Shown: positions 38,823 to 48,992 of the stretch, in pieces
Layout of the letters: each line of letters begins with the position of its first letter
How positions within the stretch are numbered: position 1 is the first letter of the stretch
Assembly: GCA_963664295.1 (NCBI GenBank)
Contig: OY760935.1
Coordinates: forward strand, 352,001-416,000
DNA: 64,000 nt
From: Candidatus Altimarinota bacterium
GTDB lineage: Bacteria; Patescibacteriota; Gracilibacteria; CAIRYL01; GCA-016699755
Reading direction: 5' to 3'
Notes under the pieces: generated by a model
What the model was told of the DNA's origin: nothing
The model's database searches: none
Seen by the model: only the letters and a program-made list of their open reading frames with translations
Program-made: the position numbers and the translations under genes

Positions 38823-39763
38823 AAAAATTTGAAATAATAATCGGCATGGCAATATTAGGCTTAATAATCTTATTAAGCTTCACCGCTAATGATCTCCTTT
38901 TTTCTTCTGTTAGCATTCCTTTTCAAGCTGATGAAGGTCATCATGCAATTACAGACACAAATTATAGCGGAGTTGATGATACAGGCGCAAAAGCAATCAC
39001 AGGATCAATTATGGTTGGAGTAAATTACATAAGAGCAATAGCTGGCATAATAGCAATTGTTTGGATTATCTGGTCAGGTTTTAGTATGGTGACAGCTGGA
39101 GGAGATACAGATAAAGCCAAAAAAGGTAGAGTTGGTATGACCTGGGCCTTAATAGCGCTTAGTTTGATGCTTTTAATAGAGCCATTAGTCACAGATTCTT
39201 TGTATGGTGGTGGAAAAATATTACCAGGAGGTGCCTTGAGAGGAAGAGATAGTATAGCACTTTCAATAACCGAAGGAACAAAGCAAATAATGGCTTTAAT
39301 AGAATGGTTTAAAACAATTGTAGTTGTCATGGCTGTTTTGTATTTTGCTACTTCCGGCTGGAAAATGATCCAACTTTTTGGTGACCAAGAGGCAATAGAA
39401 AAACAAAAAAAAATGTTAGTTTGGATTGGCGTTGGTTTAGTTGTAATTGCTTTAAATGAAGTTGTAATCAATCAAGTTGTTTATCGCACAATTCTTGAAG
39501 CTAATGGGCAGGTTGTTTTTGAGCAAGATCCTGTTCGGGGAATACAAGAATTTGTTGGTTTACTAAAATTTTTCTTAAAATTCTTAGCAATTATTGCTAT
39601 TGGTATATTAATTTATGGTGGTGTGCTTTTAATTATGTCTTTCACAAACGAAGAATACACAGAAAGAGCCAAAAAAATTATTATTGACGCAGGAATTGGC
39701 TTCTTTATTATTTTAATTTCTTTTGCTTTGGTTTCTACTTTAATAACAGGACAGGTAGGCTAG
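38819..39763 (+). CDS. Membrane protein with three tandem TrbC/VirB2-like pilin repeats
   Basis: GFSMVTAGGDTDKAKKG..GMTWA, GWKMIQLFGDQEAIEKQKK.L.W.G.G, GG..LIMS..NEE…AKK.I..A.IG; ATGA-coupled to the previous gene. Confidence 0.7.
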   Translation: MKKFEIIIGMAILGLIILLSFTANDLLFSSVSIPFQADEGHHAITDTNYSGVDDTGAKAITGSIMVGVNYIRAIAGIIAIVWIIWSGFSMVTAGGDTDKAKKGRVGMTWALIALSLMLLIEPLVTDSLYGGGKILPGGALRGRDSIALSITEGTKQIMALIEWFKTIVVVMAVLYFATSGWKMIQLFGDQEAIEKQKKMLVWIGVGLVVIALNEVVINQVVYRTILEANGQVVFEQDPVRGIQEFVGLLKFFLKFLAIIAIGILIYGGVLLIMSFTNEEYTERAKKIIIDAGIGFFIILISFALVSTLITGQVG

Positions 39764-39789
39764 TTTTAATTTAAAATTTGCTAACTTCT

Positions 39790-39925
39790 GCAATCTCGGG
39801 AGGCAGGAGGTGTCATTGCGGATTTTTTAGGGTGTCATTGCGAGGAACCTGCCTCTTTTTTTGTCATTATCGGACTTGATCCGCAATCTCCTTGTGCATT
39901 CGCCCAAGCCATGCCTTAGGCAATT
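39790..39925. mobile_element. Degenerate GTCATT…GCAATCTC REP/MITE-like cluster
   Basis: gtcatt at 39812, 39834 and 39863; gtcattatcggacttgatccgcaatctccttg matches 59538-59570 and the reverse complement of 18804-18835. Confidence 0.7.
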
Positions 39926-39950
39926 TGTATAATAAATAATTTTTCCCTCC

Positions 39951-40272
39951 AAAATAATAAAACTAAACCTCCTCCCCCTCCAAAAACCAAGGAGTAAAAT
40001 TATTTATTAATAAAATTTTCTAAAATAAATAATTTTAAGTTGCCCTTCCGGCATTTAAACTAGTACTTATAATTTCTTTGCGAATAATGCCGTTAAGAAA
40101 ATTCAACTGAGCTATTTATAGCGAATGATTTGAATTTTTAGGCATTAAGCAATTTTATTAGAAATTAAAGTATTAGTTTAATAGAGGAAAGGTTTTTGTT
40201 TCTTTTTGACTGCAAAAAGAAAGTATATAAAAATAATAAAACTAAACCTCCTCCCCCTCCAAAAACCAAGGA
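39951..40272. repeat. 43-bp exact direct repeat duplicating the miaB 3' end (39951-39993 and 40230-40272)
   Basis: aaaataataaaactaaacctcctccccctccaaaaaccaagga occurs twice, offset 279. Confidence 0.93.
40199..40222 (-). terminator. Hairpin after the miaB stop
   Basis: tttctttttg-actg-caaaaagaaa. Confidence 0.5.
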
Positions 40273-41570
40273 TTAGCCTTAATCACCTTAACCAAAACAT
40301 AATCACCAATAAAAAAAGGTTTTTTAGAAGAAAAATAAATATTCTTATTGTGTTCTGTTTTTCCACCAAACCTATTATTTTCCTGAATTTCCTCAACCAA
40401 AACCTCACAAACATCACCCTCGCAAGCCTGATTACCAGCAAGAGCACTTGCTTTTAAAATTTCATTTAAAGCATGAAACCTGCGTTTTTTTTCTTTTAAG
40501 CTAACATCATCTTCCATTTTTGATGCCATTGTCCCCTTCCTTGGCGAAAATTTAGCAATATAAATCATATCAAAGCCCTCTTTTTCGCAGAGATTTAAAG
40601 TATCTTGAAAATTTTCCTCTGTTTCACCAGGAAAACCAACAATAATATCAGTGGAAATGGCTATTTTTGGTATTTTTTTACGCGCATAAGCAGTAATTTT
40701 TTGATAATCATCTTTAGTGTGTGATCTGTTCATTTTTTGTAAAATCTCATCAGAACCAGCCTGAATAGGCAAATGAAGATGATTGCAAATATTATCGTGT
40801 TCCGCCATAACATCAATCACATCAAAACCCATTTGTGATGGATGTGGTGAAGTAAAACGCAATCTTTTTAAACCACTTATTTTAGCAATTTCACTTAATA
40901 AATAAGCAAAATCAGTCTGATTACCTCTCTGTGGTCGTTCAGAATCATCAAGATAATAAGCATTTACATTTTGACCCAAAAGAGTAATTTCACTTACTCC
41001 CCTATTTATCATTTTTTCACACTCTTTTTTAATTTCCATAAAACTCCTTGACTGCTCTCTGCCACGCGCATAAGGAACAATGCAATAAGTACAAAATTTA
41101 TTACACCCACTCATAATTGGCACAAAGGCTGAATAATGTTTTTTTAACTTTGGCTCAATGGAAAAAAGCTGATCCAAATTATCACCAATCTCACAAGAAC
41201 AAACTGATTTTTTGCTTATTAAATCAGAAATTTTTGGCGCATCTTCTATGCGAAAAACAAAATCCAAATAATTATTCTTTTTAAGTAATTTATCTTCTAT
41301 TTCATCTCCTTTTAATGAAGTTTTTCGCACCATACAACCTGTTAATCCAACAATTCTTGGCTTTATCTTACGCAAAGTATTTGCATTTCTTAAATAGCCA
41401 AAAGCTCTATCTTCTGCATGCTTGCGAACACTACAAGTATTAAAAATAATAATATCTGCCTCCTCCATGTTTTCCGTCTCCACAAAATCAAGATTTTCAA
41501 GTATGCTTGCTACACGCTCAGAATCATTGATATTTTGCTGACAACCAAAAGTTTGAATAAAAAATTTCAT
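40242..41570 (-). CDS. miaB: tRNA-2-methylthio-N6-dimethylallyladenosine synthase
   Basis: TFGCQ.N..DSE, NTCSVR..AE, GCNKFCTYCIVPYARG.E.SR, LLGQNVN, TDIIVGFPGETE, TRAM tail. Confidence 0.93.
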   Translation of the reverse strand: MKFFIQTFGCQQNINDSERVASILENLDFVETENMEEADIIIFNTCSVRKHAEDRAFGYLRNANTLRKIKPRIVGLTGCMVRKTSLKGDEIEDKLLKKNNYLDFVFRIEDAPKISDLISKKSVCSCEIGDNLDQLFSIEPKLKKHYSAFVPIMSGCNKFCTYCIVPYARGREQSRSFMEIKKECEKMINRGVSEITLLGQNVNAYYLDDSERPQRGNQTDFAYLLSEIAKISGLKRLRFTSPHPSQMGFDVIDVMAEHDNICNHLHLPIQAGSDEILQKMNRSHTKDDYQKITAYARKKIPKIAISTDIIVGFPGETEENFQDTLNLCEKEGFDMIYIAKFSPRKGTMASKMEDDVSLKEKKRRFHALNEILKASALAGNQACEGDVCEVLVEEIQENNRFGGKTEHNKNIYFSSKKPFFIGDYVLVKVIKANPWFLEGEEV

Positions 41571-41646
41571 TAAAATATTGTACAGAATTTTCTCTTAAAT
41601 TAAGATTTCACCAACGCATTTTGCAAAATTTTTAATTTAAAAGCAA

Positions 41647-42537
41647 GTGACCAAACTTCCTCATGACAGAAAAAAAGAGCTAAAAATTACCAATCGCAAA
41701 TATCAAAAATTTGTAGAAATATTTTTTGAACAGGAATTAAAAAATGATGGCGTAGATATTACTTCAGAAATTACAATTAATAAAAGAAAAAACCCTGTTA
41801 AGGCTATAATAATTGCAAAAGAAAGCGGAATATTAGCAGGAAGAGCAGAAATTCAATATTTTTTGAGCAAAAATAAAAAAATAAAACAAAAATGGCACAA
41901 AAAAGATGGAGAAAAATTCAAAAAAAATGATTTAATTCTCGAATTAACAGGAAATTTGCACATTTTGTTAAAATTTGAGCGAATTTTGCTTAATTTTATT
42001 AGCAGAATGAGCGGAATAAGCACAAAAACTGCACAAAATGTACAAAAAATTGCTCATTTTGCAAAATTAAGCGCAACCAGAAAAACCCTCTGGGGAATAT
42101 TAGACAAAAAAGCAGTAGCACTTGGCGGTGGATTAACCCACAGGCTTAACCTAGAAGATGCAATTTTAATTAAAGAAAATCACCTAGCACACACAAATAT
42201 AAAAACTGCTTTAAATAAAATAGATAAAACAAAAAAAGAATTCTCTTTTTGGGAAATCGAAGTGGAAAATGAACAAGAATTAAAAGAAGTAATGGAAAAT
42301 TTACCAAAAAAAAGACCAGGAGTAATAATGTTAGATAACTTCACCCCAAGGCAAATAAAAAAAGTTCTTAAAAAAACCACAAAACCAAAAAGAATATTTT
42401 TTGAGGCATCTGGCGGAATAACAGAAAAAAATATTAAAAAATACGCAAAAACAGGCGCTGAAGTGCTTTCTGCTGGTTTTTTAACCAAAAATGCTTTTAG
42501 TATTGATTTTTCAATGTATATAAAAACAAATGACTAG
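41647..42537 (+). CDS. nadC: Nicotinate-nucleotide diphosphorylase (quinolinate phosphoribosyltransferase)
   Basis: D.TS, ER..LN…MSGIST, TRKT, GGG..HR.NL.D.ILIKENH, EIEV, IMLDN, EASGGIT. Confidence 0.9.
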   Translation: MTKLPHDRKKELKITNRKYQKFVEIFFEQELKNDGVDITSEITINKRKNPVKAIIIAKESGILAGRAEIQYFLSKNKKIKQKWHKKDGEKFKKNDLILELTGNLHILLKFERILLNFISRMSGISTKTAQNVQKIAHFAKLSATRKTLWGILDKKAVALGGGLTHRLNLEDAILIKENHLAHTNIKTALNKIDKTKKEFSFWEIEVENEQELKEVMENLPKKRPGVIMLDNFTPRQIKKVLKKTTKPKRIFFEASGGITEKNIKKYAKTGAEVLSAGFLTKNAFSIDFSMYIKTND

Positions 42538-43420
42538 TTTATTTTTAGTAAAACTAATTTATTGGGGTAGTTTTTTAATTTTTCTTTTTATTTTAGTGCT
42601 TATTTCTCTTTGGAAAAAAAGCAATAAAAAATGGCAAAAAGCCATTATTGCTTTTTTCTTTATTTTAAGTGGTTTTTTTATTTGGGCTCGTTTTATTGAG
42701 ACACAAATTATTATAAGCAAAGAAACAAAAATTAATATTGGATTTGAAGGAAAAATAGTACTTATTGCTGATACTCACCTGGGTACATATAAAAATAGTG
42801 CTTTTTTAGATCAAGTAGTTAGTAAAATAAATAAAATAGACCCTGATATGGTGCTTATTGCCGGTGATTTTGTTTATTTTCCTGAAAATGAAACCAAGCA
42901 GGCCTTAAAAGAATTATTTGCTCCATTAAAGAAAATAAATGCTCCTGTTTTTGCTGTACTTGGTAATCATGATGGAGTGGATAATAATTTTGGCACTGCA
43001 AATGAAGAATTAAAAGAAGCCTTACCGGAGCTAAAAGTTGTTTTAATTGAAAATGAATACATTAATTTTGAAAATTTTACTCTTTTAGGTCTTGGTTCAA
43101 ACTGGCGCAATGAAGACAAAATTGAGTTATTGGATCAATTTACAGAAGAAGATAATTTAGTAGTACTTGCACATAATCCAGACACAACTCTAAAATACAT
43201 CAATAAAAAAGCAGATTTAACCTTAACAGGTCATACTCATGGCGGACAAATTCGCATTCCCCTGCTTTATAAAAAAGCAATTCCCACAAATGGAGATTTT
43301 GACAAAGGATTAACTCAAGAAGAAAATACTACACTTTTTATCACAAGTGGATTAGGAGAAACCGGCTTACCTATGCGTCTTTTTAATCCACCAATTATTG
43401 ATGTTTTAATTTTATACTGA
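42530..43420 (+). CDS. Membrane-anchored metallophosphoesterase (YkuE/YaeI-like)
   Basis: DTH, GDF, GNHD, HNPD, GHTHGGQI, TSGLG…P.R.FNPP. Confidence 0.9.
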   Translation: MTSLFLVKLIYWGSFLIFLFILVLISLWKKSNKKWQKAIIAFFFILSGFFIWARFIETQIIISKETKINIGFEGKIVLIADTHLGTYKNSAFLDQVVSKINKIDPDMVLIAGDFVYFPENETKQALKELFAPLKKINAPVFAVLGNHDGVDNNFGTANEELKEALPELKVVLIENEYINFENFTLLGLGSNWRNEDKIELLDQFTEEDNLVVLAHNPDTTLKYINKKADLTLTGHTHGGQIRIPLLYKKAIPTNGDFDKGLTQEENTTLFITSGLGETGLPMRLFNPPIIDVLILY

Positions 43421-43909
43421 AGGGGCAATCATAAAATCTCTAAACTTTTCCCTTATTAAAGTCTTAAAAAGATCAAAAGCTCCTTTTTCTTCTAATAATG
43501 TGTCTTTTTTGCTTAGCATTTCCAAAAGATAAACAAGGTAATTAAGCCAATCCTTTTCAGGGTCTTTATTTCTTAAGATAACAACATAAGCTAAAAGAAT
43601 ATCAATCTCTTCATTAGTATTTGAATCTTCTAATTTAGATATAAGATCATTTATTAGCAATGTATTTTGATATCTTGGGTTATCCATCCAGGATTTTTGT
43701 GAACCAACTTTATTTTTCGAGGCGTTTTGAAGACCAAGAATATTTGTAGCCACCTCATTCGCAACATTTTCTCTGATATCACCAATAGAGCTTAATTTCA
43801 TCTCATGACTATTGTATTGCTCTTTTAAACCTTTTAGCCAAGTAAGAATATCTTCTTTGCTTCCTATATGTGCTTCAAGCTTACTATATAAAGCTTCTTT
43901 AATGTTCAT
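43412..43909 (-). CDS. Hypothetical protein (orphan)
   Basis: 165-aa ORF with upstream TTGACT-17-TAAAAA promoter (43931-43959). Confidence 0.65.
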   Translation of the reverse strand: MNIKEALYSKLEAHIGSKEDILTWLKGLKEQYNSHEMKLSSIGDIRENVANEVATNILGLQNASKNKVGSQKSWMDNPRYQNTLLINDLISKLEDSNTNEEIDILLAYVVILRNKDPEKDWLNYLVYLLEMLSKKDTLLEEKGAFDLFKTLIREKFRDFMIAPSV

Positions 43910-43970
43910 AATAATAAAAAAGTGGCAATATTTTTACCACATAAAAAATTTTTAGTCAATTTTTAAATTT

Positions 43971-44342
43971 TTATTTTAATTCTTGTTTAATTTTGTCAAT
44001 TGCCTGCCCTGGATTGTCAAAAATTTCCACTATTCTACCTATACCAATAAGCTCAACAACCTCTGCAACTTGCCCTTTGAGTCCTGCAAGAAAAATTTCT
44101 TGTTTATTATTTTGACTACTTTTTATTAACTTCAAAAGATAACCAATTGCCTGACTATTGATAAAATCAAGATCAGTAAAATCAAAAACCACCCAATCAA
44201 GCTGTTTTCGTTCATCAAGAGTTTTTATTGCTTCTTCAAATTTAAGCACATTTTGATTATTTATTTCACCAACAAACTCCATCAATAAGCACTTATTTTC
44301 AAGTCCTTCTGGATTTAGGTGGTAAATATTAAATTCTCTCAT
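43971..44342 (-). CDS. STAS-domain anti-sigma factor antagonist
   Basis: GEI…, VVFDFTDLDFINSQAIG.L, V.EV..L.G. Confidence 0.85.
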   Translation of the reverse strand: MREFNIYHLNPEGLENKCLLMEFVGEINNQNVLKFEEAIKTLDERKQLDWVVFDFTDLDFINSQAIGYLLKLIKSSQNNKQEIFLAGLKGQVAEVVELIGIGRIVEIFDNPGQAIDKIKQELK

Positions 44343-44356
44343 TTTTGTTTAAAAAA

Positions 44357-45685
44357 TTAGTTATTTTCAGTGCTTTTTCTTATTTCTTGAATATTTTCAA
44401 TTTCATCCACAGTTTGGCGAAATTTTTTAAATCTCTCAAGCGAAATCCATTTATTATTAGTATATTTTTCTTCTAATAAATTATATTTTTTAATATAAGC
44501 AATTTTTTTCTTTAATTCACTCATTTCATCTTTTGTCGCCCAATTTTTTTCTAATAATTGTTTTTCAACCTGTTGTTTATTGTCTAAGTTTTTTATTTTT
44601 TTAATTAATTGTGCATAGTCATGTTCTGGCAACATTCTTGTGCCCACTAATCCAAATTTATAGTGATTTTCTTTTTCTGTAAGAATAGCGCGCAAATACC
44701 AAAAACCAGCCACTAAATAAACATTCATCACGATAATATGCAAAGGCAAATCTGGCGCACCTTGAATACCAATAATTCCAAATAAATCACCTAAGCTAAT
44801 ATTGATGTCTAAAATAAAATTATAAAAACCATGAATAAGCATAGCAGAAAGCAAGCCACGAATAAGCATTAGTTCTTTAAAGGTTGTTTTTTGAGAAAAT
44901 TGTAAAATCTTGCGCAAAAAACGCACAAACCAAGAAACTTTTTTTTCTAAATAATGTTTTTGCAAATACGGACCAGCAAAAAGCGAAATTCCATAATAAT
45001 AACCAAAAATACCAGAACATAAAACATGCACCATTACAGTAAAAAACGACCTAAGTACAAAAAGTCCGGCAAAATCCCTCACAGACGCCCCCGGTACTGC
45101 CATAATTTTTTGCAAATAAATTATATTTTCAACAAAAGCAAAACCAAGTGCGCTCATCAAGCTTATTAAAATAACCTGATCTATTGATTTTAGATTTAAT
45201 TTTTTATTTAAAAGTACAAAAATATAAAAAGTAGCCCAAAAAGAACCCAAAAGATAAATATCTGTAAGCTCAATAGTGCCAATAATTAGGCTATATAAAA
45301 CCTGAATTGTTTTTACAAAAAGAAAAAAGATTAACAAAAGAACAAGCCCTGTTGGTTTTTCTTTGCGAATTACAAAATGTTTAATAAATTCTTCCATCAT
45401 TCCCACGCCAAAAATAAAAATTAGAGCTCTTTGAATTAAGTGAGTTTTTGAAAACTCGGCAAGAGATTGAGTAAAATTTACTGGTGTGACATCAAGAAAA
45501 ATCAAATTAAGGCTTTGTCCCCATTGTTGTTGATAAAACAGCAAAATTCCTGCTGAAAAACAACCTGCAACAAAAGCTAAAAAAAGCATTATTTTATCTG
45601 CTGATCTAGTTTTATAAAAAAAATACGCCCAAATGCTAATTGGAATTAAAGCAACTACTCCTGTGAGAACGATCTCAATATTCAT
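44357..45685 (-). CDS. PrsW family intramembrane metalloprotease with C-terminal soluble tail
   Basis: EEFIK, ALGFAFVEN, R…VH…SG..G, HGFYN motifs. Confidence 0.85.
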   Translation of the reverse strand: MNIEIVLTGVVALIPISIWAYFFYKTRSADKIMLFLAFVAGCFSAGILLFYQQQWGQSLNLIFLDVTPVNFTQSLAEFSKTHLIQRALIFIFGVGMMEEFIKHFVIRKEKPTGLVLLLIFFLFVKTIQVLYSLIIGTIELTDIYLLGSFWATFYIFVLLNKKLNLKSIDQVILISLMSALGFAFVENIIYLQKIMAVPGASVRDFAGLFVLRSFFTVMVHVLCSGIFGYYYGISLFAGPYLQKHYLEKKVSWFVRFLRKILQFSQKTTFKELMLIRGLLSAMLIHGFYNFILDINISLGDLFGIIGIQGAPDLPLHIIVMNVYLVAGFWYLRAILTEKENHYKFGLVGTRMLPEHDYAQLIKKIKNLDNKQQVEKQLLEKNWATKDEMSELKKKIAYIKKYNLLEEKYTNNKWISLERFKKFRQTVDEIENIQEIRKSTENN

Positions 45686-45755
45686 TAATTTTGTTTTTAT
45701 TATTATCTATATATTTTAGCTTATTTTTGCGCTTTTTTCCAGTGTTTTTACTTAA

Positions 45756-48131
45756 TTATTCCTCATCAGGAGGAATGCCATAATAATCAAGTAAAAATGA
45801 AGTAATTTCTCTAAAAACTGGTGCCGCAGTAGTAGATCCCCAGGTGTTATCCCCCACCCTTGGTCTATCAAATTTAACCAAAATAACAAAACGAGGTTTG
45901 TCTGTAGGTGCATAACCACCAAAACTAGTAATTACATTGCCCTCTTTTGAGGTATCTTCATAACCAACTCCATCAGTTCTTGCTATCTGGGAAGTACCTG
46001 TTTTTCCAGCTATTTTATAGCCAGGAATTTTTGCAGGATTTGCAACTCCATTATTTACAGAAGAAACCAACATAGCACTAATGGTGACAGAAGTATCAGG
46101 AGAAATAACTCTACGCACTTGTTCTGGTTCAATTTTTTCAATAATTTCACCATTTTTACGAATTTCAGAAACAATATGTGGCTTCATTAAAATTCCTCCA
46201 TTTGCCATAGCACACCAAGCCGTAGCAACTTGCAAAGGAGTTGCTGTCAAACCCTGCCCAAAAGCAGAAGTAATCAACAAAGCATCACTCCATTTGGTGT
46301 AATACATAACCGTACCTGGTGATTCATTTTCCAAAGAAACATCACTATATTCACCAAAACCATAATCTTTTATGTATTTATAAAAAACAGCTCTGCCAAG
46401 TTTTTGAGCCACAAAAGCCATACCAACATTAGAAGAAGTTTCCAAAACATTGGTCATTGTTTGCCAACCATTATATTCACCCAAGGCAGTTCTGATGGTA
46501 AATTCACCAACTTCGAGTGGGCCATCTTCCAAAAAACGAGTGGAAGGAGTCACTTCGCCAGCATCAAGCGCCGCAGACATTGCCAAAGGCTTAAAAACTG
46601 AACCAGGCTCATAAACAGCCTGTACCAAACGATTTAAATAAGCACCTGGTCCAAGAAAATTTTCATAAATATAAAACTCTGGATCATACTCAAGTCGCCA
46701 AGCTTCATCATATTCTTCAAAAGAAGATTCCACTAGCTTACCTTCTTCATCTTTTTTGAATATTGGTGTGGTTTTAAAAATTTTTCTAGTGTCTTCTTGT
46801 GTAGTGCGTCTTGTTAAATAAACATTTCCAAATAAATTAGGATCAAAAGTAGGATAATTGGCCATAGCAATAATTTCGCCAGTATATGGCTCCATAATAA
46901 TAATTTGACCTGAATCTGCTCTAAAGTTTTCTACTGCTTCCTTGAGCACTGTTTCAACTTTTTTCTGAACAACTCTATCAATAGTTAAAACAACAGAAGC
47001 GCCATTTTCTGCATCTTGTACTTTGTCTGTTCCTAGTCCAATTTGCATACCAGAAACATCATTTTGACTTTCAATAACACCTTTTTTGCCAGCAAGAAGG
47101 CTATTGTATTTTCCCTCAATTCCATATTGTCCCACTCCATCATGATTTAAAAACCCAACAATTTGTGAAGCTAATTCTTTGTCTGGGTAATATCTTAAAT
47201 GCTCAGGCACAAGCACAACCCCTCTAAAAAAATCAGGAATTGGTTCTTCTTCTGATTTTTCAGCAAAAATCCTATTCTTATCTTTCATGTGTTGTTCATA
47301 GGATAATTTCTTAATTTCTCTAATTTTATCAGAGATATCTGGGTCTAATTTGCGTTTTAATTTCACATAACGCAGTTTTCCGCCAATCATTTTTTGAGCA
47401 AGCTCTTTTTCATCTTCATTTAATATTTGAGCTAGTGTTTTTGCTATTTTTTTGCGTTCTTTGTCTGGAATTTTAGTTGGATCTGCATAAACAATGCCGG
47501 TTTTTTCCACTATATCAATACCCGCCAAACTAAGTCGCATAACTTCATTCATTTTTTCTTTATCAACTCCTCTGGAAAGAGTGACAAAATCAATATCCTC
47601 TTTGGATATCCGTGTATAAATATCTTCTGCGTATTTTCGTATTGCTTCATCATAGTCCAAAGGTGGATAAGTCACTTCCACAATCTCAATCTCACCATCA
47701 GGTCGTTCTACTTCCTCTTCTTCATAAGTGACTGTGCTACTTGGACAATAATCAGTATCATCAAGGCAATCCTGAAAATCATCTAATGTAAAAAGCAAAG
47801 GGGCGAGGCGGTCTGCTACCATTTTTTTATCTGCTGTCACATAAGGATCAATATAAACAAGGTCAAGCGTTGTATTTGTTGCCAATTTCACCAAATCTCC
47901 CGTAGAAGTATCTCGAACCAATATCTCCCCTCTTCTTGCAGGTATTTCTATTTTTGACGAACGCTGACTATTTGCCACTTCATAATATGTATCACCATTT
48001 ATAACCTGTAATTCAAACAAGCGCATAAAAATAATTACAAATGGTATTGCAACAAAAATAATCATCCATTTTGTACGATCAGGAAAAATAATTCTCTTTT
48101 GCCTTCTTGGTTTTCTATGCAATCTTCTCAC
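45756..48131 (-). CDS. Class B penicillin-binding protein (FtsI/PBP2-like) with insertions
   Basis: RL..LQV, RG.I, RYYP, YEPGSVFK, SSN, GKTGT. Confidence 0.92.
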   Translation of the reverse strand: MRRLHRKPRRQKRIIFPDRTKWMIIFVAIPFVIIFMRLFELQVINGDTYYEVANSQRSSKIEIPARRGEILVRDTSTGDLVKLATNTTLDLVYIDPYVTADKKMVADRLAPLLFTLDDFQDCLDDTDYCPSSTVTYEEEEVERPDGEIEIVEVTYPPLDYDEAIRKYAEDIYTRISKEDIDFVTLSRGVDKEKMNEVMRLSLAGIDIVEKTGIVYADPTKIPDKERKKIAKTLAQILNEDEKELAQKMIGGKLRYVKLKRKLDPDISDKIREIKKLSYEQHMKDKNRIFAEKSEEEPIPDFFRGVVLVPEHLRYYPDKELASQIVGFLNHDGVGQYGIEGKYNSLLAGKKGVIESQNDVSGMQIGLGTDKVQDAENGASVVLTIDRVVQKKVETVLKEAVENFRADSGQIIIMEPYTGEIIAMANYPTFDPNLFGNVYLTRRTTQEDTRKIFKTTPIFKKDEEGKLVESSFEEYDEAWRLEYDPEFYIYENFLGPGAYLNRLVQAVYEPGSVFKPLAMSAALDAGEVTPSTRFLEDGPLEVGEFTIRTALGEYNGWQTMTNVLETSSNVGMAFVAQKLGRAVFYKYIKDYGFGEYSDVSLENESPGTVMYYTKWSDALLITSAFGQGLTATPLQVATAWCAMANGGILMKPHIVSEIRKNGEIIEKIEPEQVRRVISPDTSVTISAMLVSSVNNGVANPAKIPGYKIAGKTGTSQIARTDGVGYEDTSKEGNVITSFGGYAPTDKPRFVILVKFDRPRVGDNTWGSTTAAPVFREITSFLLDYYGIPPDEE

Positions 48132-48204
48132 CTTTAAATTTTGCGAAAGAAAATTGTTATAGTCAATTGTTAATTTAATTATATTGTTTTAAAGTATAAA
48201 ATAC

Positions 48205-48233
48205 TTGACATTTTTTATATTTCGTACTAAAAT
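48205..48233 (+). promoter_or_regulatory. Sigma70 promoter TTGACA-17-TAAAAT
   Basis: ttgaca 48205-48210, taaaat 48228-48233. Confidence 0.7.
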
Positions 48234-48264
48234 ATAAATGTTTTAAAATCTTTTTAATTAAAAA

Positions 48265-48882
48265 ATGGAAAACAATGCAAATAAAGTCCAAGAAACTACT
48301 CCAGTAGAAAGTCCTTTTGTAGAGTCTATACTGCAAAAGTATAATGTTGATCGTGAATCTGGAGAAAGGTTGATAGTATGGTTAAATACAGCCATGAAAA
48401 AACTACAAGAAATGACCCCAGACCATATTGACTTGGAAAATATCACTGACGAAGGAAAAAGAGAAGAACTTGAAAAAACATTAAGAGAATTCGCAAAACT
48501 TGAAGCTGATTTAGAAACAAAATATCTTAATGCTGGCACAGAATTGTTTATACAAGAAACACCTGAGCTAAGTGATGACATGAGAAAAAATTTAGAAACA
48601 GCAGTTAAAGAAAACAGAGGCAATGCATCTGCTGCAGTTGAAAGTCTGCCAGCAGAAATGAAAACAGTAGAAAAAAAAGGTCTCATGAGTATGGATATCA
48701 GCGTTCCACCAGGAGAACACTGGCAAGTAAAAGGTCTTAATGGCGTCACGCTCACAGTTGAACCGGGCGCAGAATTATCCGTTAAAGGAGCTGTAGATAG
48801 TAAAATTATTATTAAAAAAGGTGGAAAACTAAATGAATCAGCAGGATTAGTAAAAACAGAAGTTGTTGATGAAAATCAATAA
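48265..48882 (+). CDS. Hypothetical protein (helical N-terminus, short beta-solenoid-like C-terminus)
   Basis: 205-aa ORF with own promoter and terminator; VPPG/VEPG/IKKG repeats near the C-terminus. Confidence 0.7.
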   Translation: MENNANKVQETTPVESPFVESILQKYNVDRESGERLIVWLNTAMKKLQEMTPDHIDLENITDEGKREELEKTLREFAKLEADLETKYLNAGTELFIQETPELSDDMRKNLETAVKENRGNASAAVESLPAEMKTVEKKGLMSMDISVPPGEHWQVKGLNGVTLTVEPGAELSVKGAVDSKIIIKKGGKLNESAGLVKTEVVDENQ

Positions 48883-48903
48883 TTAAATCAATTAAGTTAA
48901 ATT

Positions 48904-48936
48904 AACCTGGAATTATTTCATAATTCCAGGTTTTTT
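48904..48936 (+). terminator. Intrinsic terminator
   Basis: aacctggaattat-ttc-ataattccaggtt followed by a T-tract. Confidence 0.85.
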
Positions 48937-48992
48937 GTTATAAAAAATCTCTTCTTGCCAGCAAAAGCACTAAAAAGGTAAAATCTATAAGC

